Positions 30,487 through 39,964 of a DNA stretch of 62,017 nucleotides are shown here, one piece after another. The stretch comes from Lysobacterales bacterium (lineage in GTDB: Bacteria > Pseudomonadota > Gammaproteobacteria > Xanthomonadales > SZUA-36): positions 1 through 62,017 of the forward strand of contig JAOUCZ010000001.1 in NCBI GenBank assembly GCA_029859505.1, in the 5' to 3' direction. Under the pieces are notes generated by a model. The model saw only the letters and a program-made list of their open reading frames with translations, was not told where the DNA came from and did no database searches. Numbering within the stretch: the first letter of the stretch is position 1; the number at the start of each line of letters is the position of its first letter. Position numbers and translations under genes: made by a program.

Positions 30487-32016
30487 GTGAAATCAAGAAC
30501 ATTTAAATTACTTGCATTGTTGATGCTACTGCCCCTGCAGTCGGCACTGGCGGCCGACAAACCCAACTTCCTGATTATCTGGGGTGATGATATTGGCCAG
30601 TTCAATGTCAGTTACATCAACAATGGCATGATGGGATATAAAACACCAAACATAGACAGAATCGCCAATGAAGGCGCTGTTTTCACAGACTGGTATGGTC
30701 AGCAAAGCTGCACCGCTGGTCGTGCCGCCTTTATTACAGGCCAGTCACCCATGCGAACCGGTCTCACAAAGGTTGGATTGCCCGGGGCACCCGAGGGCAT
30801 GAAAGTGGAAGACCCGACCATCGCCGGTCTGCTTAAACCACTTGGCTACACATCAGGTCAATTCGGCAAGAACCACCTGGGTGACCGCGATGAGATGTTA
30901 CCGACCAATCACGGCTTCGATGAGTTCTTCGGGAACCTTTATCATTTGAACGCCGAGCAGGAACCGGAACATCCCGACTACCCGAAAGACCCTGAGTTCA
31001 AAAAGAAATTCGGCCCACGTGGCGTAATACATTCTTATGCTGATGGCAGAATCGAAGATACCGGACCGTTGACAATCAAGCGCATGGAAACAGTCGACGA
31101 CGAAACCACAGCTGCAGCGCTGGACTTCATGGACCGGGCCGTCAAGGCTGATAAACCTTTCTTTGTCTGGTGGAACAGCACGCGTATGCATATCTGGACT
31201 CATCTGAAACCTGAGTCTGATGGTAAGACAGGTCTTGGCATTTATGCCGATGGTATGGTTGAGCATGATGGCCATGTTGGCCAGTTACTCGACAAGCTCA
31301 AGGAACTTGGGGTTGAAGACAACACCATCGTCATGTACTCCACGGATAATGGTGCAGAAGTGTTCAGCTGGCCCGACGGCGGCACAACGATGTTCCGCAA
31401 TGAGAAGGCCACCCAATGGGAAGGTGGCTTCCGTGTTCCGACCGCTATCAAATGGCCGGGAACGATTAAACCCGGAACCGTCGTCAACGATATTGGCGCA
31501 CACGAAGATATGCTCAGCACAATGCTCGCGGCAGCGGGTGATCCCGACGTGAAAGAAGATCTGCTGAAGGGCAAGAAAGCCATGGGCAGGAACTACAAGG
31601 TTCATTTGGATGGTTATGACCTGGGGCCCGCATTTCGAGGTGAAGCCGAGTGGCCACGTAAAGAGTTTCTGTACTGGACTGACGACGGCAATGTTGCAGC
31701 CCTGCGTTACAACAACTGGAAAATTACTTTCCTGGTACAGGATGCCCATGGATATCATGTTTGGCAAAACCCGTTCACTGCGCTGCGCGCACCGATGCTC
31801 GCCAATTTGCGTATGGACCCGTTCGAACGCGCCCATGATGAATCTATTGGCTACCCGCGATGGTGGGTGGACCATATGTTCGTTTTTGCGCCCGCAGGTG
31901 CTTATGTTGGCCAATGGCTACAGAGCTTTAAAGATTTTCCACCACGACAGAAGCCTGGTAGCTTCAATCTTGATAATGTGATGGAGGCAATAGCCAAGGG
32001 TGCTGGCGATAAATAG
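30487..32016 (+). CDS. arylsulfatase (Cys-type, formylglycine-dependent)
   Basis: 509 aa with GTG start and AGGAGG SD, and a signal peptide. It carries the sulfatase signature SCTAGRAAFITGQ (C-x-A-x-R), plus GKNHLGD and STDNGAE. Confidence 0.9.
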   Translation: MKSRTFKLLALLMLLPLQSALAADKPNFLIIWGDDIGQFNVSYINNGMMGYKTPNIDRIANEGAVFTDWYGQQSCTAGRAAFITGQSPMRTGLTKVGLPGAPEGMKVEDPTIAGLLKPLGYTSGQFGKNHLGDRDEMLPTNHGFDEFFGNLYHLNAEQEPEHPDYPKDPEFKKKFGPRGVIHSYADGRIEDTGPLTIKRMETVDDETTAAALDFMDRAVKADKPFFVWWNSTRMHIWTHLKPESDGKTGLGIYADGMVEHDGHVGQLLDKLKELGVEDNTIVMYSTDNGAEVFSWPDGGTTMFRNEKATQWEGGFRVPTAIKWPGTIKPGTVVNDIGAHEDMLSTMLAAAGDPDVKEDLLKGKKAMGRNYKVHLDGYDLGPAFRGEAEWPRKEFLYWTDDGNVAALRYNNWKITFLVQDAHGYHVWQNPFTALRAPMLANLRMDPFERAHDESIGYPRWWVDHMFVFAPAGAYVGQWLQSFKDFPPRQKPGSFNLDNVMEAIAKGAGDK

Positions 32017-32047
32017 CTGTTGATCATTCGATTTATGATCTGAAACG

Positions 32048-32076
32048 GAGCTGGTGGTATTGTGTACCGCCAGCTC
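32048..32076. terminator. stem-loop between convergent genes (possible bidirectional terminator)
   Basis: gagctggtgg-tattgtgta-ccgccagctc forms a 10-bp stem (one G-U). The flanking U-runs are weak. Confidence 0.45.
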
Positions 32077-32090
32077 TAAAATATCCTGCT

Positions 32091-33029
32091 CTACTTTATC
32101 CACCTCATCGACCAGCTAAGCAGCAGGTTATCCGAGTCCCTTCCCACATCGTTTTGAGTGCGCCCTGAAAGCCAGGTCAACTTGACACTCTGGGTTTTGC
32201 CAATGGGAAACCCGAAACTTGCGGCCCATAGCCAGTTATCGACCTCAAACGCTGTTTTTTGATCTTCAATATATACGCGCCCACCCGCGCCGTAAGCGGT
32301 GCCCAGAGAAATCCACAGACCGGGCCTGAAGTCATAAGTCACATGCGCCTGAGCCGCATACATCGTTTTCTGTTCGAACAGGGCATTGTCAACAAAATTC
32401 TTGTTGTCGCTGAATAAGAACACGGATCCGGTGAGTTCAAATGCCCAGGGACCACGACTATGAACCACTCCTATCTGTGGCCGTACAGTCCAACGATTGG
32501 CGCTGATGTTAATCAGTTCATCTTCATAATACTGTCCCAGGGGAGCCGACACCGCGAGCGAGGCACCCACCACGGTATTATTTTCATGTTCTGCATGAAA
32601 CTGGGTATATTCAGCGCCTTTAAGGGCAGGGGCGCCGTACAGGTTGACCGACAATCGCAATCGTGGGTCAGCGAAACCATGACGCTTTACGATTTCAAAC
32701 TTATTATCAACATCGCCTTCCCAACGGCCTGATACATAAGGCAGCAAGAAACTGACCCGGGCCGATTTTCCTGCCATATCAAAGGTGTAGATGGCACTGA
32801 TGCCGAAGCTGTTGATTTCGGCACTGGTGTCCGTAATTTTCCAGAAGGGACTGAAATATACAAACGAATCTGTGTAAGCGTAGCCGACACCGACGATGGT
32901 CATACCACTGGGCAAATGACTCCAACGACGGGGCTCCAAATCTTGTGCATTAACCTGACCCGGTAACGCGAGTGTAATCAATAGCAACACCACCGGCAGA
33001 GTTTTGAGCATTCGAAGCGGGCTGCCCAT
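32091..33029 (-). CDS. outer-membrane beta-barrel protein (MetA-pathway/phenol-degradation-like transporter family, tentative)
   Basis: 312 aa with a signal peptide (LPVVLLLITLALPGQVNAQ). DLEPRRWSHLPSG..VGVGYAY and the alternating strand pattern fit a barrel. Confidence 0.5.
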   Translation of the reverse strand: MGSPLRMLKTLPVVLLLITLALPGQVNAQDLEPRRWSHLPSGMTIVGVGYAYTDSFVYFSPFWKITDTSAEINSFGISAIYTFDMAGKSARVSFLLPYVSGRWEGDVDNKFEIVKRHGFADPRLRLSVNLYGAPALKGAEYTQFHAEHENNTVVGASLAVSAPLGQYYEDELINISANRWTVRPQIGVVHSRGPWAFELTGSVFLFSDNKNFVDNALFEQKTMYAAQAHVTYDFRPGLWISLGTAYGAGGRVYIEDQKTAFEVDNWLWAASFGFPIGKTQSVKLTWLSGRTQNDVGRDSDNLLLSWSMRWIK

Positions 33030-33047
33030 GTTCAGTCGGGTCTACCT

Positions 33048-33986
33048 TCAATTAGCAAACGTGTAGGAGGCCGAAATCCGGAAAATGTTTTTGGCTGCAG
33101 CTCCCGGCCAGTCTTTGTAAACCACATTAGTGCGGTACTCACCGTACATATTCCAGGTACCGCCTTTTCTGTCCTTGATGGTTTTTCCAAGACGTATTCC
33201 AAGTGGTACCAACCACTCATTTTTCTGCCAATTATATGCGATGGCTGATTCACCATTGCTGAGATACCAGCCATCACTGAGCTGATAGACAGCGATAGGC
33301 TGTAAGGCAAACGGTGAAGCCAGTACTTTGTTGCTGTTCGGATCTGTCTTACCCCACACCTGGCGAATCAAAACTCCCCACATCAAACGACCTTCGAAGC
33401 TATTCTCAAGAGCGACCCCGGCAAAACCATAGCGCCAGACATTTGCTCCAAATTGCTTATCATCAGCCGGGAGGTTTAATGCAGGCCCGATGCCAATCTT
33501 GCCGGTTGCCCAGGTTTTAGGGATAAACAGGGAAATGAACTCTGCATTGCCGGAGCCACTGGTACCACCGGGGGCCTCAACATTGGCAAAGGAGAATCGG
33601 TTAATAATGGGCCATGGAGAGCCGAGTGTACCGGCAGGCAGCGGCATCACGATTCTCGAGTTGAAGTTATTGTCATTGCCTGGAGGCCGGGTTACCCCCG
33701 GTGAAATCTCGTCTTCATGCCAATCAAAAAACTCCCAGCCAAACGATACCGAGATAGCCGCCGCCGTCGGGTCGTTGGTATTGACCTCTTCGGTTATGTC
33801 GGATATTTCCTCCGAACCCTGCGGTGTCCGGTTGGTTGTCACTTCGGCCGACTGAGCCACTGAACCGGTCTGTTCAGCCATTGCATTTACTGTTACCGGC
33901 AAAACCATCACCAGGCAAAGCATCATCACGATGCGTCCAAATGAACGGGTCAACCTCAATAGTCGTGTTGAATTCATACTATTCAC
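33048..33986 (-). CDS. hypothetical outer-membrane protein (beta-barrel-like)
   Basis: 312 aa with a signal peptide ending VNAMA and an acidic N-terminal segment. The C-terminal strand ..NIFRISASYTFAN is beta-rich. It is not similar to its neighbour. Confidence 0.45.
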   Translation of the reverse strand: MNSMNSTRLLRLTRSFGRIVMMLCLVMVLPVTVNAMAEQTGSVAQSAEVTTNRTPQGSEEISDITEEVNTNDPTAAAISVSFGWEFFDWHEDEISPGVTRPPGNDNNFNSRIVMPLPAGTLGSPWPIINRFSFANVEAPGGTSGSGNAEFISLFIPKTWATGKIGIGPALNLPADDKQFGANVWRYGFAGVALENSFEGRLMWGVLIRQVWGKTDPNSNKVLASPFALQPIAVYQLSDGWYLSNGESAIAYNWQKNEWLVPLGIRLGKTIKDRKGGTWNMYGEYRTNVVYKDWPGAAAKNIFRISASYTFAN

Positions 33987-34147
33987 TTACCCCTCAACAA
34001 AATCATCAACTGACTTCCTGTGCATTGTATTACGCTGAACCAGACTGCCACACAATTAAACGGTATTTGTGACTTGTATATACACTTTCTCTTTCTGCAC
34101 CAACGTGTGGATACGTATGGGTCTCCAGTCGCCTGAAAGTCCGGGAC

Positions 34148-35404
34148 TTACAACCCTGGAGGAACACTCCAGGGAACAAACTCAATATCATTGGTATCCA
34201 CCGGTGTCGAGGTAACCCACATCACCAGCCTGTAACCATCGGTGAAATAGGGGTCACCGGTGAAATTACCTCTGGGTTCATCAATAGGTGCCGGAATGGC
34301 GCCTTCGACATAGGCGAACTTTGCTAGTGCCTGGGAATACGCCATGTCCTCAAGCAAAAACTCGCGGGTCTCGTCCGTGTCGGGGTCAATCTTGTGCGTG
34401 GTGATCGTTTTTTTTGTAAAACGCACACCGATATCCCGGCTAATCTGTCCCATCCACACCGGCACTCCCTTGAATGTGACCGGCGACATCCACAGACGCA
34501 GATGGTTTCGCTCGTGGATATTATCGCGCGCCTTCTGAAAAGCGACATCCTGAGGCCGCCCGAATACATACAGACCGCTGACCGGCGAATAGCGGTATTC
34601 ACCACCGCTGATGAAGGACTGCATGGTTTTCCATGATGTGCTTCCGGTGATGGTCTCCGTTTCATCCCAACCGGCTCTAATAAAAGCGGTGTAAACGTCG
34701 TCAGGTGTTCCTATAACCACCAGGTTGACAGGGTCTCCATCACCCTTTGCCGTTTTATTTGTTGTACAACAGGTTTGCGCTGCAAGGTAGGTCCTGACGG
34801 CCGTGTCATCAAGATCCCGTATTTCATCTGCTGCATACAGGTTATTCCAGTCCACATTGTAATGATCGATATGCAGACCCGGCACTTGAATGAAAAATGT
34901 AAATGTTGTCAGTAAGCCCGTACTAACTATATCCACATTAAAGGCCTTGGTTCCTTCATCCAACGCGCTGAATATAAAACCTCTCCTGGTCTCGCCCGGT
35001 TGAACTCGTGTTTCGAGGCTTTGATTGAAAAACAGGGCATCTATTGATGGAGAAGAATTACCACCTGGCAGCAGTTTCAAATCGAGGTTGGCAACCTCGA
35101 TTGGTGAAAAATAGCCCGGGTCAAGCCCGGCTGGTAAAACACTAACATTTCCTTGACTGGAGTTGGTGATTTCCAGCCAAACGGGCTGAACCCCATACTT
35201 GTATAGGTCACTTTTGAAGATCGCCCTGGTTTCTTTCCTGTCAGGTACAGCGGCAGTCACGCTGATGCCATCTTCTACCTGGGTTTGTGCACGGGCGCGG
35301 TAGTCACCCGCGTTATCCGGTGTGACCGGCGGGGGCGATGCGCATGCATTAAGTAGCAGGAGACCTGCCACCAGGATGATTATCCTAAGGCCCGTCTGTT
35401 TCAT
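34148..35404 (-). CDS. lipoprotein with LssY-like C-terminal domain (paralog B)
   Basis: 418 aa with lipobox LLLLNAC. Motifs shared with the upstream paralog: QPVWLEITN, DPGYFSPIEV, FFIQVPG, ERNHLRLWMSP, GDPYFTDGY. Its ATG overlaps the upstream stop (ATGA). Confidence 0.6.
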   Translation of the reverse strand: MKQTGLRIIILVAGLLLLNACASPPPVTPDNAGDYRARAQTQVEDGISVTAAVPDRKETRAIFKSDLYKYGVQPVWLEITNSSQGNVSVLPAGLDPGYFSPIEVANLDLKLLPGGNSSPSIDALFFNQSLETRVQPGETRRGFIFSALDEGTKAFNVDIVSTGLLTTFTFFIQVPGLHIDHYNVDWNNLYAADEIRDLDDTAVRTYLAAQTCCTTNKTAKGDGDPVNLVVIGTPDDVYTAFIRAGWDETETITGSTSWKTMQSFISGGEYRYSPVSGLYVFGRPQDVAFQKARDNIHERNHLRLWMSPVTFKGVPVWMGQISRDIGVRFTKKTITTHKIDPDTDETREFLLEDMAYSQALAKFAYVEGAIPAPIDEPRGNFTGDPYFTDGYRLVMWVTSTPVDTNDIEFVPWSVPPGL

Positions 35405-36624
35405 TCCGCGGCTGCCTCGTCCCAGTATGTTTGCGTGGTGTCGAGCAATGAATAGGGCTCACCTGAGAACCACAGGACAGCGCGAAACCCGTCGGTAAAG
35501 AACGGATTGCCATTGAAATCGGAACCGGGCTGATCAAAGGAAACCGATTCTCCGGTTTGTGACCAGGCATATGATTGCAGACCCTGTGAATACCAGATGT
35601 TCTGTAGCAGGAAACCACGGGCATCATCAACATCGGGGTCAAGGTGCGCACCGTAAAACACTTGTTCGATGTAACTGCGCTGACCGACGAAATTGTTGAC
35701 CTGGGCCAGCCAAACCTCCTCACCTTCCACACGCATGGGTGAAAGCCATAACCTTATCTCGTTGCGGTCCTCACTTTTGTTACGTTGAATTCTGAAAACG
35801 GCATCCGGTTTTCGGCCATACATGTAATAGCCTGCGCGCCCTGAAGCGGCTTTGCCCGAAGTGGCGACAGTTGACTCATACCAACCACCACGGAGCAGCG
35901 CGCGTAACAAATCCAGGCCATTGGCAACAATCACAACATTAACAGGTAATCCGTTGGGTTTACCTCTGTCATCCATGGAGTTTTGGGGTACATCCTTCAG
36001 AGCGGCACGAAACTCCCCGATACCAAGGTTACGGATTTCATCCCCGGTATATAGCTGATCAAAATCGACTTCCGCATGATCCGGCAGGAAGCCCGGAACC
36101 TGGATAAAGAAAGCAAAATTCTGTCTGCTTTCCGCGCCGAACAGGTCAACATTGAAACTCTTGGTTCCCGGGTGTAAGTGGGTAAAAACAAAGCCCGAAG
36201 TTGTTTCACCGGGCTGAACAAAACGGGTGATGGCGGAACCATGGAAGCGCTCGTCCATGGCGGCTCGTGCCTCCCTGGAAAAACCACTCCTTGAAGTGTA
36301 TGAGACCTCAAGCGGTGAGAAATAATCCGGATCGACACTCACCAGTGCAAAACGAACTCTCTCGTCACCCCGGTTGGTAATCTCCAGCCAAACCGGCTGG
36401 ATACCACGACTATAAAGTGGAACATCAAATAGTGCTTTAGACTCCTCTGCTCCTGGCACCGCTGCCTTTACTGTCAAGGGCTCGAAAGTCTGCACCTTGG
36501 CTCTTTGTCGCAATGAATCGACATTTAACGGTGCTGGTTTGTAAGAGGCTGTGCTGCAGGAGGCCAGTATCAAGAGGACTGCAACTACGAGGACGCATAG
36601 CTTACCAATTCTGTTAGGAAACAT
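35401..36624 (-). CDS. lipoprotein with LssY-like C-terminal domain (paralog A)
   Basis: 407 aa with lipobox LILASC and a strong AGGAGG SD. Motifs: QPVWLEITN, DPDYFSPLEV, FFIQVPG, DRNEIRLWLSP, GNPFFTDGF. Confidence 0.6.
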   Translation of the reverse strand: MFPNRIGKLCVLVVAVLLILASCSTASYKPAPLNVDSLRQRAKVQTFEPLTVKAAVPGAEESKALFDVPLYSRGIQPVWLEITNRGDERVRFALVSVDPDYFSPLEVSYTSRSGFSREARAAMDERFHGSAITRFVQPGETTSGFVFTHLHPGTKSFNVDLFGAESRQNFAFFIQVPGFLPDHAEVDFDQLYTGDEIRNLGIGEFRAALKDVPQNSMDDRGKPNGLPVNVVIVANGLDLLRALLRGGWYESTVATSGKAASGRAGYYMYGRKPDAVFRIQRNKSEDRNEIRLWLSPMRVEGEEVWLAQVNNFVGQRSYIEQVFYGAHLDPDVDDARGFLLQNIWYSQGLQSYAWSQTGESVSFDQPGSDFNGNPFFTDGFRAVLWFSGEPYSLLDTTQTYWDEAAAE

Positions 36625-36671
36625 TAGACACCTCCTTTCATCTTAGGAGTATATGCCTGACGCGTATCAAA

Positions 36672-36701
36672 ATCACGTATAACCCCGGATCACGTATAAC
36701 C
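36672..36701. promoter_or_regulatory. 13-bp direct repeat (atcacgtataacc x2, 17-bp period) upstream of the LssY-like pair
   Basis: Identical copies lie at 36672-36684 and 36689-36701, in the 119-nt gap between the permease stop and the paralog A start. Confidence 0.3.
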
Positions 36702-36743
36702 ACGTTCTTTTTATGATAATTACGGAGACGGGATCATGGATCC

Positions 36744-37973
36744 CTATTCATAACGCAAGGCATCTATGGGGTTCAGTTGCGCAGCCTTGGCAGCGGGTAC
36801 GATACCGAAAATAATACCCACTGCGGCACAAAAACCAAAACTCAGCATCACCGCCCAGAGCGGTACATGGGCAGCAGGAAAGCCCGGTAGCAAAGCTGCC
36901 ACCAGTGCGCCCAGCCCATAACCGATGGCGACACCCAACAAGCCTCCAATCATGGTTAATGCCAGTGCCTCGATCAGGAACTGCAGCAGGATATCCTGCC
37001 GGGTCGCCCCCAGCGCCTTGAGGATACCGATTTCGCGGGTTCTTTCGGTCACCGATACCAGCATGATGTTCATGATGCCGATACCACCGACCAATAATGA
37101 TATGCCGACGATACCGGCAGATACGGCAGTCACCATGTTGATGACCGTGTTGAAAGATTCGGTTAATTGTTCGGCGGTCTGCACCCTGAAATCGTCCGGA
37201 TCTCCGGATTTAAGCCCATGCTCCTGACGCAATACACGCCGCACCCGCTCTTTGACTTCATCCTGCCGGTTCATATCATCGACCAGTAACTGGATCTGGA
37301 TATCGAGATCTCGTGATGCACCCATGATACGTTTGGCGGTGCCATAGGGCAGCAGAACGAAATTGTCCTGCGAAAAGCCAAAAAGCTCCCCACGCTCTTC
37401 CATCACCCCCACGATCTTGCACCACTCGTTACCCACCCTAAAATACTTGCCAATGGGGTCACCGGGTATCTCGAGATCCTCGATCACATCAACACCAACC
37501 GCACAGACAAGTCGCCGCCGCTCATCATCGTCGGAGGTAAAAAAACGGCCCTGCTGAGGATAAACACTGTTGACATCAAGGTAGCTGGGGCCAATTCCTA
37601 CCACACGTGAAAATGACACCTGTGAGCGGTAACTGATGGCGCCCTGCTGTCCTGTCTGAGTGAACAGTACAGGTGTGATATCGGAAATCCCGTCAACACG
37701 GTTGGAGATCAGTTGCAGGTCACTATCCCTGAGCTTGGCCAACCGCCCCTGTATCTGTTTTTTAAAGGGAGTATATGAACGGATCGTCAATGAATTACCG
37801 CCCAGCCCAGCGAACTGTGCATTGATGGTGTACGAGAGCCCCTGCACGATTGAGACAACCGCAATCACTGAAGTGACGCCGATGATGATCCCCAGCGAGG
37901 TCAGCAAAGAACGAAAGCCATGTGCACGGATTGACTCCAGTGCGGAACGGAAGCTTTCGAAGAGTGCGAACAT
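36744..37973 (-). CDS. ABC transporter permease, MacB/FtsX type
   Basis: 409 aa. TM1 (SLLTSLGIIIGVTSVIAVVSIV), a large periplasmic domain, and a C-terminal FtsX 3-TM bundle (EIGILKALGA). Its start overlaps the ATPase stop. Confidence 0.9.
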   Translation of the reverse strand: MFALFESFRSALESIRAHGFRSLLTSLGIIIGVTSVIAVVSIVQGLSYTINAQFAGLGGNSLTIRSYTPFKKQIQGRLAKLRDSDLQLISNRVDGISDITPVLFTQTGQQGAISYRSQVSFSRVVGIGPSYLDVNSVYPQQGRFFTSDDDERRRLVCAVGVDVIEDLEIPGDPIGKYFRVGNEWCKIVGVMEERGELFGFSQDNFVLLPYGTAKRIMGASRDLDIQIQLLVDDMNRQDEVKERVRRVLRQEHGLKSGDPDDFRVQTAEQLTESFNTVINMVTAVSAGIVGISLLVGGIGIMNIMLVSVTERTREIGILKALGATRQDILLQFLIEALALTMIGGLLGVAIGYGLGALVAALLPGFPAAHVPLWAVMLSFGFCAAVGIIFGIVPAAKAAQLNPIDALRYE

Positions 37974-38722
37974 CAGGCTGCCACCATCTGCTTGCGCTCG
38001 TCCGACTCGACCTTACCATCAGTCAGTTTGATGACCCTGTCGCAATGCGCAGCGATATCGGGTTCATGGGTCACCATAATGATGGTCTGGCCCTTTTGAT
38101 GCAGTTGATCAATCAGAGTCATAATCTCCTGGCTGGTCTTGCTATCCAGGTTGCCGGTGGGTTCATCGGCCAGCAGTATGGCGGGATTACCAATCAATGC
38201 ACGCGCGATGGCAACCCGCTGACGCTGACCACCTGACATCTGGTTGGGCCGGGATTCCAAGCGATCACCAAGACCTACGTTGGTCAATGCTTCACTGGCG
38301 AGGCGTTTACGCTCGGAACGCGGGATACCACGATACACCAGTGGCTGCATTACATTTTTCAATGCCGATGCACGCGACAAAAGGTTAAAGCTCTGGAAAA
38401 CGAATCCGATTTCCCGGTTACGGGCTTTTGCCAGTTCAGCTTCACTCATTTCACCAACATTCGTGCCATTGAGCAGGTAGTCACCTTTCGTGGCCCGGTC
38501 CAGGCAGCCGATAATATTCATCATCGTCGACTTACCTGAACCCGAGGCACCAATGATCGCGACATATTCATTACGTGAAATATCCAGGTCAACGCCATCC
38601 AGTGCATTGAGGATCTGGTCACCCATCTCGTAAGTCCGGTATATGTTCTTGAATTGGATAACCGGCGCTTCTCTGTCACCTCGGTGCATTGGCCCGAATT
38701 TTTCACCAGTATCCCGATTCAT
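37973..38722 (-). CDS. ABC transporter ATP-binding protein (MacB/LolD-type)
   Basis: 249 aa. Walker [10 protein letters not shown], signature [15 protein letters not shown], Walker [13 protein letters not shown]-loop VTHE. It has a TAATG overlap with the adaptor gene. Confidence 0.95.
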   Translation of the reverse strand: MNRDTGEKFGPMHRGDREAPVIQFKNIYRTYEMGDQILNALDGVDLDISRNEYVAIIGASGSGKSTMMNIIGCLDRATKGDYLLNGTNVGEMSEAELAKARNREIGFVFQSFNLLSRASALKNVMQPLVYRGIPRSERKRLASEALTNVGLGDRLESRPNQMSGGQRQRVAIARALIGNPAILLADEPTGNLDSKTSQEIMTLIDQLHQKGQTIIMVTHEPDIAAHCDRVIKLTDGKVESDERKQMVAA

Positions 38723-39951
38723 TAATCACCGATTTCCACGGTTACACCATTATCGTCTTCAGGCTCTTCGGGCTCTTTTTCCTCAACAGCATCACCATCA
38801 TTCAAATCTCTCAATACCCTGAATGGGCCGGATATGACCGTCTCACCCTGCTCGAGGCCTTCGATGACTTCCTGGTCACTGTCGCTGGAGATACCTACCT
38901 TCACATCCTTGCGGACGGCCTTCCCGTCCTCCATGACAAACACATAGGTCTGCTCTTCCTTATCCTTTGCTTTTTTGTCCTTATCCAGGTCTTCGTCGTA
39001 GAGCACGGCCTGCACCGGCACTGCCAGTGTTTCTTCGCTACTCTGGGTATAAATGTCAGCACGCACACTCATCCCGGGGCGGATGATCAGGGCATCCTGT
39101 TCATCCAGGAGGATTTTCACAAGGAAAGACAGGCTTGCCTGGCCGGGAGTCTGGCGTGCAACGGATGCTATCGACTGAATGGTCCCGGAAAGCGGTGAAT
39201 CCGGATAGGCTGCGGTGAAAATATCAGCGCCCTGACCTACGCGAACCTGCGCGATGTCGGCCTCATCGACCTGTACCTCGGTCAATGTTTCGGATGGATC
39301 TGCGATAACCATCATCGTGGAACCTGGAATATTTGTGGTTCCGGCAATGACCGTTTCACCCACCTTGAGGTCGAGTTGGATCACAACACCATCAATCGGA
39401 GACCGGATACGTGTCTTACTGAGCAGATCTTCAGACTGGTCCAGCGCGGCGCGAGCCTGTGTCAGGGATTCTTGCAATGACCGGAGGTCAACCCTGCTGA
39501 GAGCTAATTCGCTTTCGAGTGCCTCATAACTGTCCTCGTCCACCAGGTTTTTCGCAAACATCGACTTCTGACGTTCAAAACGGTCTGCCAGGGTTTTGAT
39601 TAATAGACGCTGACGTTCAATCGCAATTTGCTGGATACGCACCCTCGCTTCAGCCTGATCAACCTGAGCCTGGTAGGTCTTTGGGTCCAGGGTAATGACC
39701 ATGTCCCCTTTTTTTACCCGGTCCGCTTCCTCGACATGCAGTTGGGTAACCTGGCCGATGACCTCGGAGCGCAACTGGACCTGCTCACGGTAGGCAAGTG
39801 TGCCGGAAGCCAGGATCGAACTCTTAATCAACTTGAGCTCAACCGTTTTAACCTCAATCTGTTTGGCATCTGTGCCACGGGTGAGTTTCGATACAATCGG
39901 CAATCCAACCAGCAGTGCGGCCAGCACGGTAAAAATCAGGATTTTTTTCAT
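38722..39951 (-). CDS. periplasmic adaptor (HlyD/MacA-type membrane fusion protein)
   Basis: 409 aa with an N-terminal anchor ([17 protein letters not shown]), a long coiled coil, and a beta-barrel/MPD region. The C-terminus is acidic. Confidence 0.9.
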   Translation of the reverse strand: MKKILIFTVLAALLVGLPIVSKLTRGTDAKQIEVKTVELKLIKSSILASGTLAYREQVQLRSEVIGQVTQLHVEEADRVKKGDMVITLDPKTYQAQVDQAEARVRIQQIAIERQRLLIKTLADRFERQKSMFAKNLVDEDSYEALESELALSRVDLRSLQESLTQARAALDQSEDLLSKTRIRSPIDGVVIQLDLKVGETVIAGTTNIPGSTMMVIADPSETLTEVQVDEADIAQVRVGQGADIFTAAYPDSPLSGTIQSIASVARQTPGQASLSFLVKILLDEQDALIIRPGMSVRADIYTQSSEETLAVPVQAVLYDEDLDKDKKAKDKEEQTYVFVMEDGKAVRKDVKVGISSDSDQEVIEGLEQGETVISGPFRVLRDLNDGDAVEEKEPEEPEDDNGVTVEIGD

Positions 39952-39964
39952 TTATCAGACGCCG

